Origin: Lama glama
Taxonomy: Eukaryota
Length of the DNA stretch: 64,000 bases
Direction: 5' to 3'
Assembly (NCBI GenBank): GCA_028534125.1
Contig: CM052817.1
Location: forward strand, 45,014,001 to 45,078,000
Under the pieces are notes generated by a model that ran no database searches, was not told the DNA's origin, and worked only from the letters and a program-made list of their open reading frames with translations. Positions 51,955 through 64,000 of the stretch are shown here, one piece after another. The position numbers and the translations under genes are program-made. How positions within the stretch are numbered: position 1 is the stretch's first letter; every line of letters starts with the position of its first letter.

Positions 51955-52700
51955 AAATTTTTAATAGACTGTTTTTTAGAGCAGTTTTAAGTTCACAGCA
52001 AAACTGAGCATAATGTACAGAGATATCACATATACTTCTGCTCCTCCCCCTAGGTGTAGGCTCCCCCATTATCATCATCCTATGTCAGAGTGGTGCATTG
52101 GTTACAATTGATGAATCTACACTGACACATTATCAAAAGTCCCTAGTTTACAAAGGGCTCCCTCATGGTGTTGTATACTCTGTGGGTTTGGACAAATGTA
52201 TAATAACATGTATCCACCATTACAGTATCCTACAGGGTAGTTTCACTGCCCTAAAAAGCACCCCTGTTCTGACTATTCATCTCTTGCTTCCCCTTAACCC
52301 TTGACAACCACTGATCTTTTCACCAGAGTTTTGCCTTTTCAAGAATGTCGTAGAATTGGAATCATGACAGTATGTGGCTTTTTCAGATTACCTTCTTTCA
52401 CTTGGTAATATGCATTTAAGTTTCCTCCATGTCTTTTCATGGTTTGAAAGTTCATTTCTTTTTACTGGTAAATAATATTCTGTTGTTTAGATGTACCACA
52501 GTTTATCCATTCACCTACTGAAGGACATTTTGGTTGCTTCCAAGGTTTGACAATTGTGAATAAAGCTGCTATAAATATCTATGTGCTGGTTTTTATGTGA
52601 ACATGTCTTCATCTCCTTTGGATAAATATCAAGGAGAGTGATTGTTGGATCCTACAGTAAGAGTACGTTTAGTTTTGTAAGAAACCACCAAACTATTATC
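51955..52700 (-). mobile_element. L1MC-like 3' fragment
   Basis: ttttagagcagttttaagttcacagcaaaactgagc, gttacaattgatgaatctacactgacac, tttatccattcacctactgaaggacat. Confidence 0.8.
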
Positions 52701-52781
52701 CATCTAGCTTCCACCTAGCCAATTCCAAAGTCACATTTTTTAGGTATTTGTTTGATACCACTCCACTTGAAATACCCAGAT

Positions 52782-53050
52782 CTGTATTAGTTATCTATTA
52801 CTGCATAACAAATTACCATGAAATTTAGTGGCTTAAAGAAATGAGCATTATTTCACAGTTTCTGTGGGTGAGGAACTTTGAGTGGCTTAGCTGGGGCGAG
52901 AGGATCCACTCCCCAGATGGCTTATTCATATGGCTGTTAGCAAGAGGCCTCAGTTCCTCTTTGCCGCTTGGTAGAAAGTCTCACTTCCTTGAATCAGCAT
53001 ATAGCATCCCTGAAATCCACATAGCACAGAAGCAGCAGAAAAGAGAGAGC
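52782..53050 (-). mobile_element. MaLR LTR (MLT1-like) fragment
   Basis: tgtattagttatctattactgcataacaaattacca...tttcacagtttctgtgggt. Confidence 0.7.
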
Positions 53051-54149
53051 TCATAGTCTTGAAATTCCAAATCTCCCTTGAAATCTTCATTTTAAACTGT
53101 CCTATAGCGTATGTATAACCTTTTAATAGTAGATGAATAGATTACATGAAATTATATTGAGCTAAGCTTGTGCATAACACCTATTTTACCACTGTAGATT
53201 TGTTCATTCAGTACACTTTATCATGGTTGTTTTTAAAATCCCTTATTTGTTTTTAATTTTAATCTTTTTAATATCATTCTTAAAGTGAGGGAAGTCACTT
53301 TTTTTTTTTTAATGGAAGCACATCTCTCTGAACCCAGCTGATCTCTGCTCCCTTAGTGATTCTCTCAATCCACCTGTGCCTTAATTGGGCAACTGCTGTT
53401 ACTCAGGCTTTGCAAATGAGCTAATTAAGATCTGCGTCTTGACTTAAATTTTATAGAACGACCAGGAAGAAATGGCAACAGAACCTTAAAATTGTAGCCC
53501 ATTTTACATAGCCCATTAAAATGGGGAAAAAATCAAAGGTAATGATGGCGTATTCTAGTTGGGGAGAGGGGGTACTTTTAAAAAATGAACTTTCCAAGTT
53601 TCCTCCACACTATTTTACCCACAAACGACCGTGTTAATCATTAAAGAACGTCCCAGTCTTACTAAGTCTGGTGATTTTCCTAATACTTAATGCGTTTTGT
53701 CTCCCAAGTTGGGATCCCCAAAAGGTGAGGATGCTTCAGCTTAATGATTATGAAGGTGGAGCTTGGATTCTGATAGCCTGGCTTTGAGGCTAGCGCAGTG
53801 CTCACCAGCCCTGTGACTTCGGGCAAATTACATAACATTCGCCATCAGGAAAACAGGGATGAGTTAGTAGAACCTATCTTTTAGCTTGTTTTGATGGTTC
53901 AGTGAGACAGAGTGGGCAAAAACATCTGGCACTTAAAATTCACTACCTTTTTAGCTTAAAAAAAAACTGAAAAGAAGAGGGAGTGTTGAACTGAAAAAAG
54001 TCTCCTTTCCCTTGTAAAATTCAGAAGAATTTAAATAAGAGCAAATGGGAGCGTGGGGGGTAGGGGGAGTGGGATGGGGGTGGAGCGTCCCCTTCTACCA
54101 CGGTAGGACTGGCCAGGCTTCCTCCTCGCGGCTGAAAATCATTTTCTCC

Positions 54150-55500
54150 AGGCCACAGTTTACACTCTCTAGACCCACGTGGGTGAATGGGGTGGGGAGT
54201 GAGAAGCGGTGGACGCATTTAGCGCCTTCTTAGGACCCAGAGCCAGGCCGGACTCGAGACTGCTGCCGGGGAGGGGTGAATGGGGGCACTGGTGGAGGAG
54301 GAAGGAAGCGCAGATGCTTGACAGGGGAGGTGCCGGGTCTCGCCATGCCGGGTCCCGGGTGACTGACTAGGCGGACCCAGCCGCACGCGGGCTCCGCCTC
54401 CAGCCCGCCTGGCTTCGCCAGGGCTCCTCCTTCTCCTCCAGCGCTTCCCCCGGGAGCCGGCAGTGGCTGCAGGAGTTATGAGAAGCGCGGGTCCGAGTGC
54501 ACGCCCGGCGCCGGCGCTGCTGCTGCTGCTGGCCGGGGCCGGGGTGTTCGCCGCCGCCTCGCCGCAAGCCCCACCGCTCTTCAACGTGAGCCTGGACATG
54601 GCCCCGGAGCTGCGCTGGCTGCCGGTGCTGCAGCACTTCGACCCGGACTTCTTGCGTGCCGCGATGGCGCACATCGTCTGGTGAGCGCAGGCGAGGGGGT
54701 GCTGCAGGGACACTGGCGGCGGGGTTCGGAGTGCGGGAAAGCCCAGTGTGCTTCAAACTGAGACTTGTGACTTCTCCCTTCCCTCTGCGACTGCCTTGCC
54801 CTTCGCAAGGGCCGCCTCGACCCCCGGCGTCTGGAGTGTGCAGGCTAGGTGGGAACCAGAACTTGCAGGTGCTACTGCTCTAGGCAACGTCGGGGCTGGG
54901 GATGAACCGACGCAGCTGGCTTGACTTTCAGGTTCGGTGTCACCAGTGGCACGCCCGTCCACCAGCCATTCTGGATCAGGGTAGGACATGGGTTGTCGCC
55001 CCAGCTGCTCAGCTACCGAGTGAGGGACGCAGCCTACGCGCTCCCAGCAGGCCTCACGGCCCCGAAACCCACCCCTTGGGACCACTCTCCGTCCCCCTAC
55101 TTCCCTGTCTCCGAGTATTCTTTTCTCTCCTGGACGCTGGCGTTTGGGATGATGCCGGAGAGGCCTGGGCTGTCAGCTTTCTGGGGAAAGGAGGCAACTA
55201 GCAGTCACCCGCAAGGATGAGAAATTTAGGCACCCCCTCTCCAAATAGAGACACACTCGCACCCCTCCAAACTCTGAGCAGATCAGACATCCTCGTGGTT
55301 TTTTGTTTCTAGGGATAATGTCCCCAAGTGGGTCCTCGAATTGATCCGAAAGACAGTCAGGATGCTGGAACTCTTCCTGCCGAAGCCCTTCATAGGCGAG
55401 ATCCGCGGCATGTGCGACGCCCTGAACTTCCAGCTGGCGGACTGCATCCTGCTCAACCTAGTCTATGAGTCCTCCGCGTGAGTGCCCCGTGCTTGCGCGG
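54150..55500. promoter_or_regulatory. NAAA: NAAA CpG island (promoter through exon 2)
   Basis: High GC and CpG density surrounding the NAAA start codon. Confidence 0.85.
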
Positions 55501-57033
55501 ATTAACTTGAGACTTGGCAGGGATTCCTGCTACATCTGAGTGGGAGGAGACGTGTTTTCAGTGTAATAAAAACGGGGTGGTGACCGGGCTCCCCAGAAAC
55601 CTCCAGTGCTTCCTCTTTGCTTGTCTAGATAAATCCGAGCAGCAGATTATGAGCTTCGAGAAGGAAAGCAGCTTCTCTGACCTCAACACTGAACTTCCTC
55701 TGTGTGAAGTCCCCTTTTCTCCCTCCACCAATCTGGGTAGCATCCCACTTTCTAAACGCTGCCCAACATGTACTTTTCTAGGAAGTTTTGAGAACTGATC
55801 CCACTCTTGGCTGGAACCTGGAGTTAAACCAATGGCCCTCCAGCCCTCTAATGCAGGGGGTAGTCTCAGCACTCATTTGACCCCCCTGCTTTTATCACCT
55901 CCTCTCCCCGTGTTCCTCACAGCTAGCGATCAGGAGTCGTTTTTCCGAGTCTGTTGCCTCCAGGGCTGGGGTCACAGGCAACACTGTTCTGGCTGATAGG
56001 GCCAGACTGTATTTAGTACGCGGGGTGGCATGAACTGTGGCGCACCCAGGTGAAAGCAATACGCACTGTGTGGCTGATCCCAGGCCAAGTGCGGGGGGGG
56101 GGAGCTCAAGTCTGTTGGCTTGGTAGCAGGTCCTGGAATTAAGAGATTTGACTTGGTTTCAGTCTGAAGGAATTACTGTTTTGCCACCAGACCAGTCTCA
56201 TCTAGTTAACACCTTGTAGATACCTATGGCTTCTGGCTGCCAAAAGATGGTATAAATTTATTTTTCTTTGGATAATGAAGCTTTACTGCCTCCTGTCATC
56301 TTCTCAGAACACTTAGGCAAAGAAAGTTAAGAAGCACTGTGGCTGCCTTCCTTTTCAGGAAAATGTTTTAAGACACAGATAAGACACACATGTGTTGAAG
56401 TGCTTTTCAAATGACCTCAGTTAATTTTGCCATTCCTCATCTCCTACCACCATCTTTTTTCCTCTTCTGACATGTGCCTTTCTCAATGGAAAAAAATCAA
56501 CAGTTTCATTTACACCTTCTTTTGTTAGTCACTGTATTCAACTGACTAAAGCAAAAATTCTAGTAAAAACATTCTAACTTTGGGGTGTGATACTAAGATG
56601 TATATTGAATTAAGGTATATTGAATTGCCTGCTAAGAAAAAGCACCCTCAGACTCCACTAGCATTAACAAAGGAAATGTTTTGTCCTTATTGCTGGTATA
56701 AGGCTTTTTGAATCTGATTAAAACTAGCTACCCTTTATTGAGCCTACTGGGTATGAGATACTGGAGATGGTATTACCTTTTGTGATGTGGAAACCAAAAC
56801 TCAAAGGGGACAACTTGCTGAAAGTTAGGTGCATGGTAAGTTGTCAGAGCTGCTGCTAAAAGCACATGTCCCCAGTGCACTGCAGTGCCTCTCCCAAAGC
56901 GGAGCCTGGTTCCCCATTTATCCCCTGTGCTTGTCGGCTACCTCACACCAAAACTTTTGGGTATAACACAGAAGAATTGCTGTCTTGCTAATTTTGAAAA
57001 ATCACCTTTGCAAGAGAGTCTACCAACTTCATT

Positions 57034-57096
<63 letters not shown>

Positions 57097-60000
57097 TTTT
57101 TTGTGGAGTTGGGGTTGGTAATTAGATTTATTCATTTATTTTTTCTCAACAGAGGTACTGGGGATTAAGCCCAGGACCTAGTGCATGCTAAGCATGTGCT
57201 CTGCCACTGAGCTATACCCTTCCCCCGAGCTTTAGCTACTTCCAGTGTTTGATCAGTTCCCTTCTTGACATGAACTCTTTGAAGATCATGGAAAAAATTG
57301 GAAAAAAAATTAAAACCTGACCAAGTTTCCATTTTTAAACACACACAAAAAATTAAGTAACATTTATTTTCTCTTAATTATAAAAGTAATATGTAATCAT
57401 TATAGAAAATTAGTAAGTACAGAAAAGTATAAAGAAAATTAAGCACAGTCCTGTTACTCAAAAATGACCATCCATCCTTCACGATATTTCCTCTGGGTGT
57501 GTGTATGTGTACATATTTTTCCCCTGTCCCTGAATTGGACATGATTTATTTAAATACTTTGTTCACCAAACATTACATAGTCTCAGAGAATATGCACATT
57601 TAAACATCTTAACAAACTTCTTGTTTCCCTTAAAATGCGTCTCTCTGGCTAGGAGTTCTTAAAAGGTCCATTTCTCTTATTAGCTCTGGGCAGGGAGCTC
57701 AAGGGGGGACAGGAAAAGTGCCAAGAAACTAAATAGTTCACCTTTTTCCCAAAGAGACAAGATGAAGCAGTTTGTGGAACAGAATGGTTTGGTGCCATTG
57801 TACTTGTTCTGAGAAATTCAGGGCAGAGAGGGTTGGACTTGAGCCAGCTTTGAAGGGTGTGTTAAAGAGACTACAAACTGCCAAGCAGAGGAATGAACGA
57901 AGTTCAGTGGTCTAGATGAGCCCAGAATGGGTCCGTTTCAGATTTAGATTTAAGATGAAATTCTCTTCCAGTATGTTTTCAATGTCACGTGTACAGAGGG
58001 CAAAAGTCCAATAACACTGGATGAACACTATTGAGTTGTGTACAGTTCTTTTTCATCTTGAATTGTGCATGTGTGTTCATTATAAGGAAGAAAAACTGAG
58101 GACTTATTTTAAAAATGAAAAACTCATGTCCTTCTTCTTGTTTTTCTTATTCATTCATGTTGGGTTTTTCCCTTTCCCCAGATTCTGCACCAGTATTGTG
58201 GCTCAAGACTCCAGAGGCCACATTTACCATGGACGGAATCTGGATTATGCTTTTGGAAATCTCTTACGCAACTTGACAATGGATGTGCAGTTCTTAAAGA
58301 ATGGGCAGGTATAGTCTGTACAGTGTAAGATTCAAGAAATCAGAGAAACTTGCTAACCCAAGTTAGCTGTCACTTGGATCGTCTGCAGCTGAAGTGTATT
58401 AATTTAAGATACAAAAAATATCAAACTCCTGGAAAAACAAAACCACAAGAGAGGTTTACATAAGGATGCTTATAGAAAGAAGGGTCATTTATTATTATTG
58501 AGTATCTGCTTACAGAGAGGTCAACCAGTTTTCCGTAGGGAAATCTCTGGGGATGGGGGTATGATCAGTTGTCCACTTATAATGGTAAGTCAGCTCTTTC
58601 CTCTGCTTTCCTGTGTCAGGTCTCTTCTAGAATAAGGAGTGGCTGGGTAAAGTAATGGCTAGGAACACTCAGTTTTGGGATCTAATTGGGTTTGAATCCT
58701 GCTACTGTCACTTCCTTTGTGAACTTGGGGTATTACTTAAACTCATTTTTCAGACCAGCTCAGAGAGGTTAATAATTACTTTATGGAGATAGTTATAGAG
58801 GTTACATGAAGTAATCTATGCAAAGCATGTGGTCAATGCTTGATAAATAGTGGCCAGATCATAAGTAGTCCTTCACTCTAAAAGTATGATTGACACATAC
58901 CAATGTCTTATGTTTGATCTTTAGAAACAATTTTACTCTGATCATTTCATCTTCATCATAGTTTCTTTAAAAGTACAATCTACTGTTTACTACTGGCACA
59001 TTTCTGTGTAAGTATCTCGAGGACAGCATTGATCTATGTTCACTGAGTACACAACGCATGTCATTGCCATGAGACAGAACAGAGCATGCAAAAGTCAAGC
59101 TTTGGCTTTGGGGGACACTGTTGAAGGATAGGACTTTATTTCTTTTGTTCTTTGCATTTAGGGTTTGAGTCACAAATATTAGAAACTCATTTACTAAGTA
59201 CTCATTTAGTTACCTGCTTTTACAGACAAAAACTGTTTCTTATTAAACACTCATACAATGCAAAAATATTTAAGGTGAAAATTTCTCCTTTCCCAGTTTC
59301 ATTCCTTTATTTCACCACTATTACCAATTTGATTTGTTAGCCAAAGATTTACTTCTAAAATGGTTTTAAGTGGCAGCAATGACAGACTCAGCAAAATAAA
59401 TTCTGAAAGGAAATGATTAAAATGTTAGTAATTATTGCTGAATGAGGGGACAGTAATTATTTTCATTTACTGCTTTAGGCCTTTCTCCATTATTCTATAG
59501 GGAGCAGAAATTCTTAAAAATCGACAAAAGGATTAAATGCAATAAAAATAAATATTTCAGCTATTCCCTCCAGACTCACCATCATCCTGAGTTGTTGCTC
59601 TGTTTGTTTCTGTTTCCCTGAGGCTCCCATGGGGAGTAACCTATTGGTGTGGCTTTTCTCAGTGCTCACATTACTATTTTCAAATTCAGTAGTTTACACT
59701 TGGGTATCGTCTTTCTGCTGAGGGCTTCTAGCCAACAAATTGTTTTGCTAAATTGAAAACCCAATGATTAAGCTCTTATACTTGTCTAGTGTTCATAATT
59801 CTGAAGGCATTTTCAGATACAGGACCCCCTTTTATCTTCACGTCAGCCCTGTGAGGCAGGCTCCAGTCAACATCTCCATCCTCATTTTCTGGATGAAAGC
59901 ACTGGGCCTTACAGAGATGAGCTTGCTCCAAATCACCTGGGGAAATGTGGCAGAGGTGGGACCAACCCAGGTCTTTAGCCTCCGAGGAGCTTTCTCCCCA

Positions 60001-62441
60001 AATCCCAGCCTTAGGCTGAAAATTAGAGTCTCCTGCTGCAACTAAGGGTTTGTTTATATTAAATGACCTGGCACAGACAACTGGAAAGCATAGATATTTA
60101 GAAATAAAGACAGTTTTTCAAAGCTATAAGATACAATATCTTACAAATTCTATCTTCTAATTTATGATTATGTAATATAAAATATCTTAGAAACTACAAT
60201 GTGATTTTGATTTTTTGTAACTTTAATTTGCTGAGCTCTTCAAAAGTGACACTAATGTGCGGGTCAGTGCACCATGCAAATGAAGTGACCAAATGATTAC
60301 TTTTTCTCCCCTGGAGTTACATTTTGTGAAGGCTTTAGTAGTGAGGCACTTACTCCCATTTTACTGCTGTGAATGGAAGTGGGGAGGATTTAGAGAAGGC
60401 CCTCAATGAGTCTAGAGGAAGAGGTCATTTGTAAAATTAAGGCCACTGCATTTTTCCCTTGTAATTTAGCCACTTTATTTTACAACCAGACAAGGTAGAA
60501 ATAAACAATTAAGTGAAAAGGTACTGACTTAAAATTCAATTTTCTAGGAAAAAACTAACCTAGGTCCATTCATTTCTCAAAATATAAAATAGTTCATCTT
60601 TATTGAACAGTATAACCTGGGCACTTATCTAAGTACCTCTTTGAAAAATGACATCTGGTATCTGAAATAATTGATAGTGTTTGATTTTTCTCCTCTGGGG
60701 TATATAGTGGTGTCTTACAATGATAGGAGCTCATTTCTTTAAGTGGGAGTGAAAAAAGAAAAAAAAAATAAGGAAAAAGCCAAAAAAAAATTTTTTTTTA
60801 AATTTAAAAAACAAAAAAAAAGTGGGAGTGATCTCAATAACTCATGGAATAATCGTAAGGATTAAATGAAAGGTGTATGTAAAGGAATTTTTTCCTATTT
60901 AAAATTTAAATATGATTATTACTGATAAAGTCTCACTCGTTTCCCCTTCACAGAGTTTGTAAGATGCATGATATTTATCTCTTATAATTGAGTCAACACA
61001 AGGTTTTTAATTGGAGTCCATTTGCTACTTCCAGGGTGAAGCCTCTTAACTTTTTTGTGCATGGACCCCTTTGATAAAGGTTATTGATCCCTTCTCAAAA
61101 TAATGTTTTATAAATACATAAAATGCATGAGATCACAAAGAAAGCCAGTTATGTTGAAATATATATATCTTTTTTAATATTATACTTTTTCTTAACACAT
61201 TAGCTGGTAAACTTTAGCAATGAGTCTAATGACTACCATAAATTCAGAGTAGTAGTAAGTATGAATGCTGTTTCAAGATGTGTGTGTACATCATGTCTAA
61301 AGCCATTAGGTCTGAAAATCCCAGCGGTTTCTCCTGGTGACTGAACCCCAGGCAGTGCAGTAACTCCACGCGTCCTTGCATGTACTCATTTCAGTTAGAG
61401 GTTAGTGAAAATAAAGATGTACCTTTTTTCTCATCCAAGGTCACAGATCCACAGACTTCTATCCTTGGCCCCCCAAAGTTAAATCTTCTAGAAGGCTATT
61501 TCAGAGTTCTCATTCTAGCGTGTTGGAACGTAGAAGAAAAATCCGTGAAATTGTGGGGCAAAACAGGTGATTTCAGTGTGCCTTTGGCTGGAGTGCTTAG
61601 ATGATGCCTTATCTCTTGATTTCAGGTTGTGTTCACAGGAACCACCTTCGTTGGCTATGTAGGATTATGGACTGGTCAGAGTCCACACAAGTTTACAGTT
61701 TCTGGCAACGAACGAGGTAATCAAAACAAACTCCCAAGCATTTTTAGCCATGTCCCTGTTCGATTTTATCCAAGTGCTTCATTCACTCACCCAGCAGAAG
61801 TTATAGAACACCTACATCACTACATGCCTCCGTCCTCGTAGGGGAAGATTGGCAGTGGGCAGGTAAGTGATGAAGATGATTTCAGGTAGTGATAGGTGCT
61901 GCCAAGAAAGTAAAACCACAAGATGTGATAGAGAGAACGAAGGAGGAGGTGGAGCTGGTATTACAGGTATGGGGCCCTGCCTAGGGCCTGACTCACATGA
62001 TCCAGGAGCCAGGTCTGCAGAAGCTGGGGGAAGACCATTCCTACTTCTCTTGATAGCTACCTAATTTTATTTTGTGTGAAGTAATAAACAGAATGATTTC
62101 CTTTAACATAATTACCATTGTTTCCAGGTAAAAGTTTGTGTGATTGTGTACACATACACACACACACACACAGGTTTATATGCTGCCATGAAATTTGGGC
62201 TTCATCGTTGAAAACTAGATGCCAGTAAAATCATTCTTTGCCCACCAACCTGTCTCCCCCATCAGCTTGTAAGATGGGAAAGAAACAAGATTTAAGGAAT
62301 TAAGAAAGTGGCTCTGGAGCAGCAATTTGAGTATGTACTTATTGTTCCTTCCTCATCTCGGCAGATAAAGGCTGGTGGTGGGAGAATGTGATCGCTGCCC
62401 TGTTTCAGAGACACTCCCTGATCAGCTGGCTCATCCGCACT
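54478..62441 (+). CDS. NAAA: N-acylethanolamine-hydrolyzing acid amidase, 5' part only (3' exons beyond window). Exons 54478-54680, 55313-55477, 58182-58308, 61626-61716, 62365-62441
   Basis: [22 protein letters not shown] signal peptide, then FNVSLD...RWLPVL...EIRGMCD...[27 protein letters not shown]...[29 protein letters not shown]; Ntn-hydrolase nucleophile Cys codon at 58186-58188; phase-compatible GT-AG introns. Confidence 0.97.
57031..57226 (-). mobile_element. tRNA-derived SINE, long-tail form with expanded (TTTA)n tail at ~57032-57098
   Basis: Reverse complement of gggggaagggtatagctcagtggcagagcacatgcttagcatgcactaggtcctgggcttaatccccagtacctc. Confidence 0.9.
61032..61487 (+). mobile_element. 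hAT-Charlie element (MER119-like)
   Basis: ctcttaacttttttgtgcatggacccctttg...cccttctcaaaataatgttt start and cccaaagttaaa end. Confidence 0.65.
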
Positions 62442-62609
62442 GTGAGTATATTTGCTGTCGAGCTCTCCTCACCCTGATGTCATCTCCCAAACTGTGTTCA
62501 TGTTGTGATGCTTGGTGTCATTTTAACAGTGTTGTTTTCAATGTAAGAAGCTCCTGATAAAAATAAGCAAATAAAGGTTTGCAAAATGCATATCACCTCT
62601 CTTAATAAG

Positions 62610-63072
62610 GATCAAAGAACAAGCAGGACACTAGTTCAAGTGGTAAGAACAGATTTTTATCAGTAGGATAATATTGCAATAGGGAAAAGTGTCCAGTGTG
62701 AACGGAACTCAAACTTCAATTTGTACAGAGGTGACTGGGTGTTTTAAAGGGACAGTGAGGAGAGCACAGTAGAGTTGGAAGTGGAAAAGTGGAAAGGAGG
62801 GTTTGTCCATATGAAGAAAGTCAGTCTCCTGCCCTCCGGCAGAGACTGCTGGGACACATATCTCCAGGTATGGGCTGAATTCTTTGGGAAGCCTTGAGTT
62901 TTTTCCGGCAGACACTATAAGGCAGGTAGGGTCATCTTAGGGATGCGGCCTTGAGCTCTTAGAAGCTATGATAGTCTTTGTCCAAGTCTTTATATGTTAA
63001 GATTAAGGCATAGTTGAGAAGAGGGCTCTGAGTAGCCTGGCTTGAATTTGGCGAAGGAGAGGATTTTTGTCA
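62610..63072 (-). mobile_element. Probable ERV1-class solo LTR (MER31/MER67-like)
   Basis: Reverse complement starts tgacaaaaatcc; ~460 bp unit with LTR-like 3' end; family assignment tentative. Confidence 0.45.
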
Positions 63073-63106
63073 TAGGCTAGAGTTTTCTTATCTCAATAGC
63101 TGATTG

Positions 63107-63487
63107 TTAAAGTAAGATAAAGACAAACATATACTACTTATACGTGGAATCTAAAATATAGTACAAATAAACTTATTTACAAAACAGAAACAGATTCACA
63201 GACATAGAAAACAAACTTACTGTTACCAAAGGGGAAGGGGGGAGGGATAAATTCAGAGTTTGGGATTAGCAGATACAAATTAATATATATATAATAGATA
63301 AATAACAATGTCCTACCATATAGCACAGCATACTATATTCAATACCTTGTAATAAAACATGATGAAAAAGAATATGAATAAGAAATATATAACTGAATCA
63401 CTTCATTGTACACCAGGAACTAACACTATAATTCATGATACTTAAGAAAAAAAGAGGTAAAAATAAATTTAAAAAAAAAAACAAAAA
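63107..63487 (+). mobile_element. LINE-1 3'UTR fragment with TSD
   Basis: Same L1 3'UTR family as 26760 and 49350; TSD aat(a/t)gctgattg at 63095-63106 and 63488-63499. Confidence 0.9.
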
Positions 63488-63873
63488 AATTGCTGATTGA
63501 GATAAGAGATAATATGCTTTTCTATATAGATGTGCCCTTCTTTTAGAATCTTCAGTTGCAAAATCTTAATCTCAATTTGCAAGTATCTGCATTAGCAAAA
63601 CAAATACATTAGAAGGTAGCTCTACACATAACAAAAGGAACACCTGCTACCCATGCCCGTTAGCACAGTTCCAGGCCACATATAAATTGTAATCTGACCA
63701 TAGAAAGCAGGAGCACATCTCTGGTACAGGAATCTGGCCCTGTCCAGCTTTGGCCTTTTGGGCCATCCCTTGTCCGGCTCTAAATGATGAGGCCCCTCTG
63801 GACTTGGAGTTCTCGTAACCTTTTTACTTGAATGGTCCCTAAAGATGTTGACAAACTATGCATCCTTCACAAA

Positions 63874-64000
63874 TTTTTTTTTAATTGAAGTATAATCAGT
63901 TTGCAATGTTGTGTCAATTGCTGGTGTATAGCATAATGCTTCAGTCATACACATACATATATTCATTTTCATATTCCTTTTCATTAGTGGTTACTACAAG
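63874..64000 (-). mobile_element. LINE-1 3' end, continues beyond window
   Basis: Poly-T then aattgaagtataatcagtttgcaatgttgtg, the antisense of the L1 tail seen at 49640-49680. Confidence 0.8.

Noticed and set aside
54219..55220. Multiple 75-164 aa ORFs on both strands around NAAA exon 1
   Set aside because: CpG-island shadow ORFs; only the NAAA frame has homology and splice support
1..64000. Prokaryote-type systems (CRISPR arrays, operons, IS elements)
   Set aside because: Sequence is intron-containing mammalian DNA; no regularly spaced repeat-spacer array or foreign long ORF was seen

Overview
Mammalian genomic DNA, probably camelid, inferred from five copies of a tRNA-derived SINE resembling the camelid vic-1 type. 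It is syntenic with the human ART3/CXCL9/SDAD1/NAAA locus. The + strand carries complete CXCL9 (4 exons, 126 aa) with its IFN-gamma/NF-kB promoter, complete SDAD1 (22 exons, 688 aa), and the first 5 coding exons of NAAA, including the catalytic Cys; NAAA runs off the window end. A CpG island at about 1.45-2.0 kb is probably the distal ART3 promoter on the - strand. The rest is introns and intergenic DNA with L1, L2, LTR, hAT/Tigger elements and microsatellites. The best leads are: (1) three minus-strand exon candidates between SDAD1 and CXCL9 that splice into one uninterrupted 151-codon frame; (2) a nested-palindrome, template-switch-like scar just upstream of the CXCL9 IFN-gamma element; (3) an NF-kB motif cluster at 0.68-0.95 kb; (4) NAAA substitutions next to the pH-determining Glu and altered glycosylation sequons. 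Gene identities, human residue comparisons and repeat family names come from recalled sequences, not database searches.
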